Assembly (NCBI GenBank): GCA_965207445.1
Contig: CBDBLX010000002.1
Coordinates: forward strand, 1,207,849-1,271,848
Origin: Nitrosopumilus sp.
GTDB lineage: Archaea; Thermoproteota; Nitrososphaeria; Nitrososphaerales; Nitrosopumilaceae
Reading direction: 5' to 3'
DNA: 64,000 nucleotides
Positions within the stretch are counted from its first letter, which is position 1; each line of letters begins with the position of its first letter. The notes under the pieces were generated by a model. It did no database searches, was not told the DNA's origin, and was given only the letters and a program-made list of their open reading frames with translations. The translations under genes were made by a program, and so were the position numbers. Positions 10,190 through 21,508 of this stretch are shown in pieces.

Positions 10190-11287
10190 TCATATTGCAA
10201 GTGATATTATCCATACTGTATATACTGTCAACAACACTATACCTGCTACTAGTGGAGGTACTCTTTTATGGTTTTTAGACATCAGAACACATGATATCAC
10301 CCCTCCTGCACAAAAAGCAGACATGATTAGATAATCAAGTAACAGCAACTGTGATACCATAAGAGGTATTACAAGTGAAGCTGCACCCATGACCAAAAAC
10401 ACATTAAAAATAACACTGCCAAAGATACCTGCCACACCTATACCTAGTGCACGTCTGCGCACAGCTGCCAATATGGCTGCAAGTTCTGGTAATGACGTTC
10501 CTATTGCAATTACCGTGGCACCGATCACATATTCGGAGATACCTATACGTTCGGCAACAATTATCGCATTATCTACAGTTAGAATCGATCCAATGTATAG
10601 CATGAGTGCACCTATTACAACAAAAAACAGCACTCGATATGGTGACTGTTGGTATGTCTTTATCTGAGACATTCTTTTTGGTGTAGTTGCAGATGGTGAT
10701 GATGACGGTGATGACAGTGATGATGGTGACGGTGATGATGGTAATGACGTAAGTGTCTCTTCTTTATCATCTTCTTTATTACTACCATTACTATAACCTG
10801 CATTTTTATCAATTACAGTCTCCTGTTTACGACGCCCCTTTATTGTCATCCATAATATGATTAACATCATACACACGATCAACACAACACCATCTACAAA
10901 ACTAACTGCACCATCAATACTAACTGCAAATGTTGCTATACATGCCCCAACTGTACCTACAACCGTAACACGATCTATGTGCAGATCTTCCTTTCTTCTT
11001 ACAACAAACCCGCAACATACAAGCAACGCGCCCAATACAAGTCCAACATTTGCAACATTACTACCTACTACATTTCCTATAACAAGTTCACTTGTCCCAT
11101 ACACTGCTGCTGATATGGCAGCAGCTAACTCTGGCAACGAGGTGCCTGCAGCTATTATTGTAGCACCAATTACAGTTTCTGAGAGCCTCGCTCTTTGGGC
11201 AAGTTTGACTGCCCCTCGTATGAGAAAGTCTGCACCATACACGAGTATCACTATACCTATAGCGGCCATTAACAATTCTAGTAGCAA
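10190..11287 (-). CDS. Calcium/sodium antiporter (CaCA, YrbG-like)
   Basis: Two alpha-repeats GTSLPEL plus GSNVAN and GSVIFN; Ser/Pro-rich central loop. Confidence 0.92.
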   Translation of the reverse strand: MLLELLMAAIGIVILVYGADFLIRGAVKLAQRARLSETVIGATIIAAGTSLPELAAAISAAVYGTSELVIGNVVGSNVANVGLVLGALLVCCGFVVRRKEDLHIDRVTVVGTVGACIATFAVSIDGAVSFVDGVVLIVCMMLIILWMTIKGRRKQETVIDKNAGYSNGSNKEDDKEETLTSLPSSPSPSSLSSPSSSPSATTPKRMSQIKTYQQSPYRVLFFVVIGALMLYIGSILTVDNAIIVAERIGISEYVIGATVIAIGTSLPELAAILAAVRRRALGIGVAGIFGSVIFNVFLVMGAASLVIPLMVSQLLLLDYLIMSAFCAGGVISCVLMSKNHKRVPPLVAGIVLLTVYTVWIISLAI

Positions 11288-11667
11288 TCTAATCTCTCCA
11301 ATGATTATAGGTGCAATCTATTTTCATCTTGTGTTGTATGTGTTTTATATGTGGCGTCTTGTTACAACCCTCACACTCTTCTAACTTTTCTGTTTTGATA
11401 CAATAACTTGGCATGATGTGTGTTCTGAAACATCGCAATGATATAAATTTTGGATTTTAATACTTTGTATTATATGATCACTTTTTGATATTATCCATTA
11501 ACTGGGAAATTTCATTGATTAAAAATCACATACCTTTATTTCAAAATACAAATAAAATATCGTTCTGTGTTAATTTTTACATATATTGTGTTTATACAAC
11601 TAAATGCATGGTATTGTAATGTGATATTATTATACATTATTTCTCTCACATAATCAGACTTTAATTA

Positions 11668-13998
11668 TTACACATCATTGCTCTTTGTTCGTCTTGATTG
11701 TCGCATGGCCGCAATCATGCGTTCTTTTTTAGGTCTGATGATCAGTATGTAAATTGATGCAACCACATATACCGATAACAACACAATCTGTCCAATTACA
11801 GTCTCAAGTGTTGGGTATATTCCAGTCATTGTAGCCATGTTAATATCCAGGCGCGGTATAACTCCAATCATGTTTGTGTATGGTATATAGTCAAGTATCT
11901 GAAGCTCCCGTATAGCATTTCCCAAAAATGCAATAGATAGATACGCCCCGATGCCCATTGTAAGACCAAACAAGACGCGTAGTGGTAGTCGCTTGCCCAT
12001 GAGTCGCATGATATAATATATTGCAAATAATGATCCCAACCCGATTATAAATCCAAGCCCTACATACATCTCCATATATTTAGCAAAACCAAACATTGCC
12101 TGATAAAACAGTACCGTCTCAAAACCTTCTCTATATACGGTAAAAAATGACAACATGACAAATACCATGACACTGCCAGTTGTGGTTGCTTGCCACACCT
12201 TTGCCTTTACAAACTCCATCCATTTTTTGTGCTCTATTTTATTGAGTATCCAAAAACTGACATAAAACAATACAGCAGTAGCTGATAATGCAGCAATTGC
12301 TTCAATAAGTTCGCGACTAGCTCCTGATATCTCTATTATATAAGATGCAACAAACCATGTTACAGCCGTAGCACCAATTGCAGCAATTACACCATAATGA
12401 ACAAAAGGCTTGAATCTATTATTGCGCGAGGCCTCAAGATATGTCATAATAGCTCCGAGTATCAAGACTGCCTCCAAGCCTTCTCGAAATATTATTGCAA
12501 ATGATGCAGTAAATGCAATCATTGGAGCAACTTGCCCTGTCCCAGTTACGAGTCGCTCAGACTCATCAAGATTACGGTCTATTTGTGTAACTAACGAACG
12601 TATTTCTTGTATTGGCGCTTTATGTTTTATCGCATTGCGAAGTTCAGCAAACAGATACTCTACTTCTAATGTGAAATCAGGTGCAATCGATCTCAATGGT
12701 ATCTCAACGTATTCATAACTGTCCAGATATGCTGTACGTGCAGTCGTGTATGCCGAATCATATTCACCTGACTCATAATATAATATGGTCTCTTGTAGAC
12801 TATCTCTGATAAAGTCAATCTCTGAACGAACAGCAGACTGTTCGGACTCTGTGGTGTCACCCATTGCTTTGAGATTATTTTTATCGTTTATGTCCTCTAG
12901 TGCCATATTTGATTGAGATATGGCAGAAGCAGCAGCTTGTGCACTGAGATGTTTTACAACAAGGGATTCACCATAATCTAGTTTTGGTAGTATGGTTTGA
13001 TCAAGAAACTCTATTATCATATCTGAAGATCTTTTCTGTCTTATCATATCTCGTAATTCTTCTCTCATATCTATTTCTAATCCGTACATAAATTCGGCAT
13101 CTATCTCTTCTAGTATCGGCTCTAAATACTCAAAGTTCTCCAAATATGCCTCTATTGCATACTCTTGTGCCGTTTGATAATCGCCATTATTCAATGACAT
13201 GCGCATCTCTTCGTACAGTTTGTCAATATTGTCAAAATATACCATATGATCACGTACAGAAGTTATGTCTAATCCAAGCAAGTCACGTTGTATTGCACTG
13301 ACAAGTGTTCCTACAGTCACAAAATTATCTTTTTCATTTACTGCAATAATCAATTCAGTAAAAAATGACTGTATTTCCAAATCGCGCATCACAGATAAGT
13401 TTGCGTCTTGTGAAAACATGTCTGATGCTTGTATAAACAATATACGTGATATCTCATATCCGGTATGGTTTTCTTGTGCATTGTTGTTGTCTGCATAAAG
13501 GTACTGTTCATCTGCAACGGTGAGAATGTAGACTATTGCTGTGTTTTTGTCTTTTGTAGTCTGTGTTTTATCGAATTGTTGTAGTTTATCTAATACTGTG
13601 GATATGGCATTGCGGCTCTGCTCTACGGAGACATCATGTATTGTAGTTTTGATATCAAATAATTCAAGGTGTATTTCATCTGCTGTACTATGATCTATAT
13701 TGCGAAAGGACTCGAGTCCTAGTATAAATTGCTCTAATGCAAACTCTATGGCATATTCTGCATGATGTAGTGTGTCTTGTGCATCATCAAGTGATGTGTG
13801 TGCTACTTTTAGTCCTGCATGTACGGGGTAAAATGAGATGGGGGTGAAATGATTCTGATTGTTGTTATCATTATCCTTGCCATCTGCTGTGTTCTGTACT
13901 GTATCTGTTTGTGCAAAAACTACTATTGGCAATAAATTATCATCATAAGAAAAACCTGCAACAAGTACAACAAAAGTAAACAATACAAACGTTTTCAT
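11668..13998 (-). CDS. FTR1-family high-affinity iron permease with large extracellular N-terminal domains
   Basis: REGLE and REGFE motifs; multi-TM C-terminus; signal-like MKTFVLFTFVVLVAG (start could extend to 14058). Confidence 0.92.
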   Translation of the reverse strand: MKTFVLFTFVVLVAGFSYDDNLLPIVVFAQTDTVQNTADGKDNDNNNQNHFTPISFYPVHAGLKVAHTSLDDAQDTLHHAEYAIEFALEQFILGLESFRNIDHSTADEIHLELFDIKTTIHDVSVEQSRNAISTVLDKLQQFDKTQTTKDKNTAIVYILTVADEQYLYADNNNAQENHTGYEISRILFIQASDMFSQDANLSVMRDLEIQSFFTELIIAVNEKDNFVTVGTLVSAIQRDLLGLDITSVRDHMVYFDNIDKLYEEMRMSLNNGDYQTAQEYAIEAYLENFEYLEPILEEIDAEFMYGLEIDMREELRDMIRQKRSSDMIIEFLDQTILPKLDYGESLVVKHLSAQAAASAISQSNMALEDINDKNNLKAMGDTTESEQSAVRSEIDFIRDSLQETILYYESGEYDSAYTTARTAYLDSYEYVEIPLRSIAPDFTLEVEYLFAELRNAIKHKAPIQEIRSLVTQIDRNLDESERLVTGTGQVAPMIAFTASFAIIFREGLEAVLILGAIMTYLEASRNNRFKPFVHYGVIAAIGATAVTWFVASYIIEISGASRELIEAIAALSATAVLFYVSFWILNKIEHKKWMEFVKAKVWQATTTGSVMVFVMLSFFTVYREGFETVLFYQAMFGFAKYMEMYVGLGFIIGLGSLFAIYYIMRLMGKRLPLRVLFGLTMGIGAYLSIAFLGNAIRELQILDYIPYTNMIGVIPRLDINMATMTGIYPTLETVIGQIVLLSVYVVASIYILIIRPKKERMIAAMRQSRRTKSNDV

Positions 13999-14263
13999 AA
14001 ATCTCAAAGAACCATACATGCATCTAGACTCGATGATTTTTAAACATCTCAATGCCAATGTGTTTCTATCAGATCCATTTAAACCCGAATATTATTACAA
14101 AGTTTTAGATTTTTAGCATGTACTTGTCTTCTTTTTGATGAGGATGGATTTTAGCCTTTAATTTTGTGACGCTTTTCTCCAAAAATTTTAATTCAATTCT
14201 GTATAATGTCTTGTACTCTTTTGGAGCAAGGTAATTCACTTTGTAGAGCGCATTTCAAAAATC

Positions 14264-14412
14264 GTGTGAACCGAGATCTTTGGACATAATAATGAAACCA
14301 TATACTTGTATTTGGTCACATTCCTGCCTGCATATTGAGTACCGTACATGCGATACATTTGGCTAGAAGTTATTTTTGAATGATCATATAAGTCATGGAG
14401 GTTGGTTCACAC
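14264..14412 (+). mobile_element. MITE-B (149 bp), non-autonomous relative of IS66 56967-58806
   Basis: Ends gtgtgaacc / aggttggttcacac; 8-bp TSD caaaaatc at 14256-14263 and 14413-14420. Confidence 0.88.
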
Positions 14413-14462
14413 CAAAAATCTAATAGCTATGTGTCATTTGAGTTTACAAGAGAACTGGTGAC

Positions 14463-14543
14463 GTAACCGTTCAACCCCCATATCTGCACCAGATATTAGG
14501 CGGCGAATATGTGCCTAAATTTGGGAAGAGGTTGAACGGTTAC
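14463..14543 (-). mobile_element. MITE-A copy (81 bp)
   Basis: Perfect TIR gtaaccgttcaacc / ggttgaacggttac. Confidence 0.88.
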
Positions 14544-14590
14544 GAATAGTACATCTATAGATTTTTATAGTATGTTGGAGTCGCAGTTGT

Positions 14591-16556
14591 ATGAATATTT
14601 CATTAACTAGACATCTACGCGTCAAGCAGATCTCTGATCCCTCTCAATCTCCAATCCCCCCCCCCCCCCCATCATTCTAACGCGCAACACCGCCTTTTTA
14701 CAATAATAACCCCTCTTTTACTTGCCGGAATTATAATCACAATAGTTGCAGCCGTTCCGGCGGCTGACTGGGCCAGCGCCGGCCACGGTTATGCAGTCCC
14801 ACCAATCCCCGACGACCTGAACAGGGCGTCCGTCACGTTCACCTCGCCCTCGGGCGGCGATCCTATCAGGGGGACCATAACACTCGAGCGCAATGCCGCC
14901 AAGCAGATGAAGTTCGCGGCCGAAATACGCGAGTGTATAGTGGACCTGGGCAACGTCGGCAATATCCCTCTCCGGTCGGCTAACATGTGCGGCAACGACG
15001 CGCACGCCAGCCTGGACCCCAACGACGCGGGGCGCGACTTTTCGCGCAACGTAATCTGGACGGACTCCAACAAGAACACCGTAGCATACTACTATATCCC
15101 GACGTACAAGACGATAACCATAGAGAAGGGCGAACAGCAAGCTCACGTCACGTGGCAGACGCACAACGACGGCACGTCGAACGTGCAGTCGTTCACGGTG
15201 GCGGTCACGCCCCTCTACGAGGGCCCCGTGTACGGACACCACTGGGTGGATCCGGACAGGCCGCCGGCCGGGACGTTCATGTCCCAGCACCACTGGAAGG
15301 CGCAGATAAACGCCCAGCCGGAGCTGATAATGGTGGCAGACAGCCCCACCGACGTCACGGAGGGCGGTGAACTGCGCGTAGTGGTGCGCGCCACCCCGAC
15401 GGCGGACCCGGAGATTACGTTCAACTACCGCGTCACCGAACACAACAGCAACATTGTCCACAACAACAATGAGGGCGACAAGAGCGACCAACAAGTCGGC
15501 GGCGAACGAGGCGTACGCATCCTGACCCAAAACGACAACCAGGATGAGATCGACGGCACCGTCACGATAACGCTGCTCCCCGGCACCGGCTACACCGTGG
15601 GCACGCCTAATACAGTCACATTCACGGTGCGGGACAACGACCCAGGCCCATTGGGTAGTGGTGGCAACAGCCCTCCGACCCCGACTACAGTCTCAATTGG
15701 GCTGGCAGGCGGCAGCTCGGAGGGCGACCCCGTCTCATTTAGCATCGGCGCTTCCCCCCCGCCCCTGTTGCCTTTGCCAGTCAACGTCACCCTTTCGGGC
15801 GCCGGGAACGTGCTCAACGCATCTGATGTGGGCTGGCGCATCGTGGAGATCCCGCCGATCGGCTCGTATACATTGGAGGTTCCGACCATAAACGACGGCG
15901 TCATAGACGCCAACAATGTTACGCTCACGATAAACCCAGGCGCCGGCTACACGCTGGGACAATTTGCAAGCTGGACTGTGGACGTCCAGGACGCCGGGAC
16001 GACGTCAAGCCTGATGCAGCCGCCCGTGTACGACAAGCTCACCCAGGCGCAGAATCTGACGACAGTCGCCATAGACCCAGCGCTGGTCGCCAACGTGACC
16101 GCGATGGCGTCCCAGGTGCAGCACGGCGCAGACCATGTGGACAGGTGGAACCGCGTTCTAGCTGCCTTTGGCGAGATTGACCACTCAAACCCGATGACCG
16201 CAGCAGAGGCACAAACCAATGCAGAAAAGTACAGCAGCCCACTATGGCCGCAGATTGTCGACGTGTTGACATTGCTAGAGGCGGCGGCAGTAGTAGAACA
16301 GGACGATCCGCAGACGCCGCCTGACACGCCGCCTGCCATAGACCCTGCTCTGATCAACAGCGTCAGGGAGCTGGCGGCACAGACGCAGCACGGCGACGCG
16401 CACGTGGACAGGTGGAACCGCGTTCTAGCTGCCTTTGGTGAGATTGACCACTCAAACCCGATGACCGCAGCAGAGGCACAAACCAATGCAGAAAAGTACA
16501 GCAGCCCGCTGTGGCCGCAGATTGCAAAAGTACTAACGCAGCTTGAGTCAAGGTAA
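14591..16556 (+). CDS. Secreted Calx-beta/Ig-like protein with tandem C-terminal repeats; start out of frame at the C15 tract (candidate phase-variable)
   Basis: Main ORF 14907-16556 extends upstream without an ATG through the signal peptide RLFTIITPLLLAGIIITIVAAV to the poly-C tract; ATG 14591 is in frame with C14 or C17; GC-rich. Confidence 0.75.
14656..14670 (+). repeat. Poly-C tract (15 C)
   Basis: Read directly from the sequence. Confidence 0.95.
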
Positions 16557-16689
16557 GTATTAACCCCGTGCCTAGATTTTCGCCATTTGTGTGATTTTTT
16601 TTGCCCTATCTAATACAAATACTACAAGTTGGCATATTTGGTATTGAACGAACCGTCAAAATTAGCTAGTGTCATAACTCTGCCTAAAA

Positions 16690-17520
16690 GTAACTATTTT
16701 GCTTTTTAAAGTGCACATATAAGGTAAAAGATCATGCGCATTTTTCTGATATAATGATCTCGGCATTAAATATTCATATATTAACAATTGACAATAATAA
16801 CGCGCAGTTGATTACAATACACAGATGGTCGATGAGAGTGGGTTTTTGCATTGTGGGCACGTAGGGCAATCTACCACACCTCTGTTCTGGCTATGTTTAC
16901 AGGGAGCTCGTTTTGGTAGCTTTTTGCCCCTTTGGCTCCGCCTCTTGGCTTATTTTCTCCTGGCGTTTTGTCAGATTTATCACTAGCAGTGACTGCCTTG
17001 ATGCTATTTTTCTTGGCCCTTGACTCTGTTGATCTTTTGATATTTTTTATTGTCCTTGGTCAATTCTTCATTCTGTGTCTTTAACGTGTTGACATCTTGT
17101 AGCATCTCAGACACGCCATTGGCCGTTATTTTTTTCTTTGAATTCGATGACTCTTGTAATGTCCTATCAATCGATTGTGCAACCACCACTTGCAACACTC
17201 GCAATCAGTTTTGAGACATGGCTTTTTTGCATGTTGTGTGTTTTTGTCACGAGGTTCAGAGCAGCACAACTATACTCCCTCCTGCAAATAATTGACACTT
17301 GCAATCCAGTCACACTGATCACTTAAATCCCGTTTTCTTGATGATCTAATACCGTTCCTGTCTATCATTTTATTCACACTTAATGATAGATGGAAGCGTT
17401 TTGATTTAACACCCCTTACTTTAAATTATTTGAGTGTTTGATCAAATTTTTTAAACCAAAATCATCATAGTATATAATCATAAGAATTTAAGTATACACT
17501 TCAAAAAGCAAAATAGTTAC
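16690..17520 (-). mobile_element. Internally deleted IS66-family element (third lineage)
   Basis: 18-bp perfect TIR gtaactattttgcttttt / aaaaagcaaaatagttac; coiled-coil remnant ORF 17004-17204; no TSD seen. Confidence 0.75.
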
Positions 17521-17675
17521 AAAAAGAATATAATTAAAGCCCTAAATTATGACGTAATTAAAAACAATTCTAAAAAATTAGCCCTATTTTTTTTGAATAT
17601 ATACTTGTAAAATTTTATCATTTTTGATATAAAATTACCATTGCAGAATTTTACAATAATATCGCATCATAAAGA

Positions 17676-18515
17676 TCAAAAGGGACCATTGAACAAACCC
17701 AATCCAACACAGATCATCAATCCACCAAATGTTAACGATAACAAACCAACTGTCCATGCAATTACACTTTGCATTCGTTTCATGTGAGGAATAAAACCAA
17801 ACATGACTGAAAGCGTACCTGTCAGAGCAACCATCCCAACAATAGAACCCATACAGAAAACAGAGACAAAGATCAAAGGTTCATACAAATCACTAATTAA
17901 TAAAGTGCTAAATAATATGGCAAATACCCCGCTTCCCATCATGCCATGTATACTACCTACAAAACTTGCCATTGGTGCACGCCTGTACCATTTTTTACTG
18001 TTGTTTGTGGTGCTGGATGGATCGTGTTTGTGTTGGTGATGGTGATCATGTTGGTGATGGTGATCATGTTTGTTACTATCAGATACGTGTGAGTGTGAAT
18101 ACCATGTTCCATCATCATATGCATGAGAATGTACACGCGATTGTAGATCAAATAACATCAAAAACCTCTTACCACATATTGCAAACATACCTAGCCCAAT
18201 CAACATTACACCGTTGACTACCTCAAATACCCCAAGTAGTTGTGGAGGTATATGCATTGAGAGTACAATAACAAGTCCCAATCCTACAAGTATGGTTGCT
18301 GCATGACCTGCACCCCAAAACAAACCATAACGCAGTCCTGCAAAAAATATATCCTTTCGATTAGCTTTATGCCCTCGACTCTGTGTTTGTGCAAATGTTG
18401 CCATTGCAACTGCATGATCTGGCTCTAGTGCATGTGCAAGGCCAACTATCATTCCTACACCAAGTAACAAGATCGGATTCTCAAACAATACCAATAGTTC
18501 TGAGAGTGGTAACAT
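17676..18515 (-). CDS. Nickel/cobalt transporter (UreH/HupN-like)
   Basis: GLAHALEPDH motif, FWGAGHA, His-rich loop, GSIHGMMGSG; multiple TM helices. Confidence 0.88.
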   Translation of the reverse strand: MLPLSELLVLFENPILLLGVGMIVGLAHALEPDHAVAMATFAQTQSRGHKANRKDIFFAGLRYGLFWGAGHAATILVGLGLVIVLSMHIPPQLLGVFEVVNGVMLIGLGMFAICGKRFLMLFDLQSRVHSHAYDDGTWYSHSHVSDSNKHDHHHQHDHHHQHKHDPSSTTNNSKKWYRRAPMASFVGSIHGMMGSGVFAILFSTLLISDLYEPLIFVSVFCMGSIVGMVALTGTLSVMFGFIPHMKRMQSVIAWTVGLLSLTFGGLMICVGLGLFNGPF

Positions 18516-19284
18516 TTACACTTCAGCCTATCTTGTCGTCACGATTTGATTAACATGTGTATGTAATTTTATTGGATAATGTATCGCTATATCAAAATTA
18601 AATATTTTATAATTCTTGTATGTAATTTGAATTGTCGTACATTGTACATTTTTTGGTATGTGGACTATGAAATTTTGCTTTACTACTATTACCACCACCA
18701 CACCACCACTGACAAATTTTGAGTAATCTTTTGGTGTTTGTACTTGTTTGTAATTGCCATCCTTTGAGTATTGTATATAATATGTACAATTTACCCATTG
18801 CAATCGCACATTATAAATATTTTTGATAATCATACGAATTGTAGTTTTAGTTATTATTCTTACACAACACAAAACAAATCTACTGTTTAACATTGTTTTA
18901 AATATTTGATTTTGGATTAATAAAAATGGATTTATTCTAACAAACGAGTCGACGTCGGCATTGTGATAATAATTATTATAATTTTTTATGTACATTTTAC
19001 TCTATGTTTTTAATGTCATATTTTGTAAATAAACATTTCAAATATATATTTCGATGAATTTGTACATGATTTGATAATTGATGGAATCCTTTACATGTAT
19101 TGACCTCTGAGAAAAATCATGACCATTAAAAATAAGAGTAATTGGCATGATAAATGCATTAATACTTTTATATGATATGTTAATTTTAATGCACATGTAT
19201 GAATGATGATCATAATAATGATCATAACAATAAACATGGCAATAATAATGAATTAGCGCTATATATCACAGATGAAATATGTGC

Positions 19285-20598
19285 TCAACCCAAACGAATG
19301 AACCCTGACTTTAACATATATGATATGGAATTCAATGCTGTCTGCTCATCTATCTGTTCTGTATACCACCATTCAATCAACGTACCGGTCCATTGAGGTA
19401 TGACCGGTTTGCCTGGCATACCGTAGGGTAATTTTGATCGATCTGCAAGCCATTTTATTATCTCAAACATGGATGCATCTGAGGCTTGTCCAGATGCCCA
19501 TAGTAGCATATCTTGCATTATATATTCCGGTATTACAATTGGAAGTATTGGACCGTGTTCAAAACCTTGTATTGTAATTACATCTTGTGAACGTCCACGT
19601 ATCTCAAATGTGACGTGCCATGATCCTGTCTCATCTGTACTCTGTGTGCTGTTTATGATGTTGCCGTTTCGTAACACTGTAAATTTTTCTGTTTGAGTGA
19701 CAGCAGGAATCTCTACACTTGCAAATGTCTCAAACGGATAACTATTAGTCGTCTGTATTGTGACATCTGTACCATTTTCTGTAAATATGGGTCTGTATAA
19801 CCATGCTCCTGATTCATATCTCATTGTATATGTCTGATTACCATCATTTCCTCTTTGTGCAGTTAATGGGTGGACTGATCTATCAGAAGGTGCAAAACAA
19901 CTATAGTATGTGATTATATCTGCTGATATAGAGTCATCGGGATATAACTCAAATGATATCGTCTGTTTTGGTTTGATCTCACCTTGTATTATGGTATATG
20001 CAACATCTACGATATTCCCCTCGTATCCATGTACTATTGCCCAGATTACAGGATTGTATAATGTTGTATTACCTGAATTAATGGCAAATCCTGAGAGGTG
20101 TCCATCATCATGAATTATCAGAGTATCATCATATATGACATCAAGTGTTATATCTTTATACATGATACTTTTTGCCACATGAGCTGCAACTGTCCCTGAT
20201 AGTTCATATCCGACAAGCGTCGCATTTGCAGATGCATCTGGAATCTTGATTAAAAATGGCAGTTCACTGTTTGCAGGTATGACATTGTATGGTACTATAA
20301 TGTTATACTGTGTAGTTGTATCTTGTATGTATAGTTCTAGTGATGGTTTAATTGGAAATGTATGTGTGTTCTTTAAATTACCACCAACAGTATACATTCC
20401 ATTGGCATCTACATATGTGACGATCTCATCTTTGAGCATTTTCAATCCTGAATTATCTGCATAGGATGTGTGCATTCCTATTAAAACAAATGACATGATA
20501 AATGTGGCTAGTAATACGCATAGTGTCCAATTTGTAATGTGTCTCATAAATGATTCAATAGTGTTTTGAGATGCCTTTGGATACATCATACTATACAT
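19285..20598 (-). CDS. Exported thaumarchaeal hypothetical protein
   Basis: 437 aa; signal-like segment, beta-rich body and C-terminal IPxW/WW..IDE helical repeats; start codon uncertain. Confidence 0.75.
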   Translation of the reverse strand: MYSMMYPKASQNTIESFMRHITNWTLCVLLATFIMSFVLIGMHTSYADNSGLKMLKDEIVTYVDANGMYTVGGNLKNTHTFPIKPSLELYIQDTTTQYNIIVPYNVIPANSELPFLIKIPDASANATLVGYELSGTVAAHVAKSIMYKDITLDVIYDDTLIIHDDGHLSGFAINSGNTTLYNPVIWAIVHGYEGNIVDVAYTIIQGEIKPKQTISFELYPDDSISADIITYYSCFAPSDRSVHPLTAQRGNDGNQTYTMRYESGAWLYRPIFTENGTDVTIQTTNSYPFETFASVEIPAVTQTEKFTVLRNGNIINSTQSTDETGSWHVTFEIRGRSQDVITIQGFEHGPILPIVIPEYIMQDMLLWASGQASDASMFEIIKWLADRSKLPYGMPGKPVIPQWTGTLIEWWYTEQIDEQTALNSISYMLKSGFIRLG

Positions 20599-20691
20599 AC
20601 ATCAGAGATCAATTTAGTAGTTGACACTAGTTGTGAATAGATGATGTATATAATAAATATACATATACTTAATGTCTTTTGTGCATGATAT

Positions 20692-20772
20692 GTAACCATT
20701 CAACTCCCATGCCTGCGCCAAACATTAGTCGATGAATCTGTGCCTAAATTTTGGAAAGTGGTAAACGGTTAC
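20692..20772 (-). mobile_element. MITE-A copy (81 bp)
   Basis: gtaaccattcaac...gtaaacggttac with the conserved core gaatctgtgcctaaattt. Confidence 0.82.
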
Positions 20773-20809
20773 CGTTATAATTATCAGATTGTATAAAAAT
20801 AGCAAACGC

Positions 20810-20883
20810 GAAGCCATTCAACCAAAAATCAAGCACAAGTCTCTGCTAATTGTCTGATGCAGACACGAGGGCCAAACAGCTAC
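20810..20883 (+). mobile_element. MITE-A copy, strongly degenerate
   Basis: gaagccattcaacc...gcagacacgagggccaaacagctac aligns loosely with the consensus. Confidence 0.55.
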
Positions 20884-21427
20884 GCATATACCATGTTATA
20901 CTGTAGGTATGGTTATTAATAAATTTTTCTTAATTAATAATAAATCGTAAAATAATACAATTTTTTAATAATAGTCATTTGAGGATATGTGGTGTCAATC
21001 AAATAGTATCAACTCAGGTCAAATCGGCAGTCACAAACGGTACCGGGACCTTACTGTGGGCGGCAAAATGAAAGATATATTAAATTAAGTGTGCGCTTAA
21101 TTTAATCCTAAAACGAAAACGGTCCAAAGTAATCATAAATGGTGTGCGCGCATGACCGTGGCGCAGACTGTCAGGTGTAAAGCCTGCAATGGCACAGGCG
21201 TGGCAATGATGGCAGATGACAAGTACAGAGAGTCGTCCCAGAATGCGCTGCTGCGCAGTGAGGTGGCCTGGGCGTGGGGCGCAGTTGCAGTACATGAGCG
21301 GTTTTTAAAGAGTATCTCTGAGACGTCCCAAGACGTAATAACGGGACTGGTCAAAAAATTGGCCAAAAATGATGACGAGATTGCATAACAGTAGCAGATC
21401 ATTGAGAGAATAGATAGTGAGTTGAGG

Positions 21428-21508
21428 GCAACCGTTCAACCCTCATACCTGCATCAGAAATTAGACGGTGAATCTGTGCCTAAATTTGAGGAGGGGTTGA
21501 ACGGTTAC
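21428..21508 (-). mobile_element. MITE-A copy (81 bp) truncating the protease gene
   Basis: gcaaccgttcaacc...ggttgaacggttac. Confidence 0.88.

Noticed and set aside
14718..15530. 270-aa minus-strand ORF and similar antisense ORFs (15947-16486, 29112-29768)
   Set aside because: Shadow frames of the GC-rich plus-strand genes, with no recognisable motifs.
18528..18995. 155-aa minus-strand ORF
   Set aside because: Extremely AT-rich, low-information composition with no motifs; probably intergenic.
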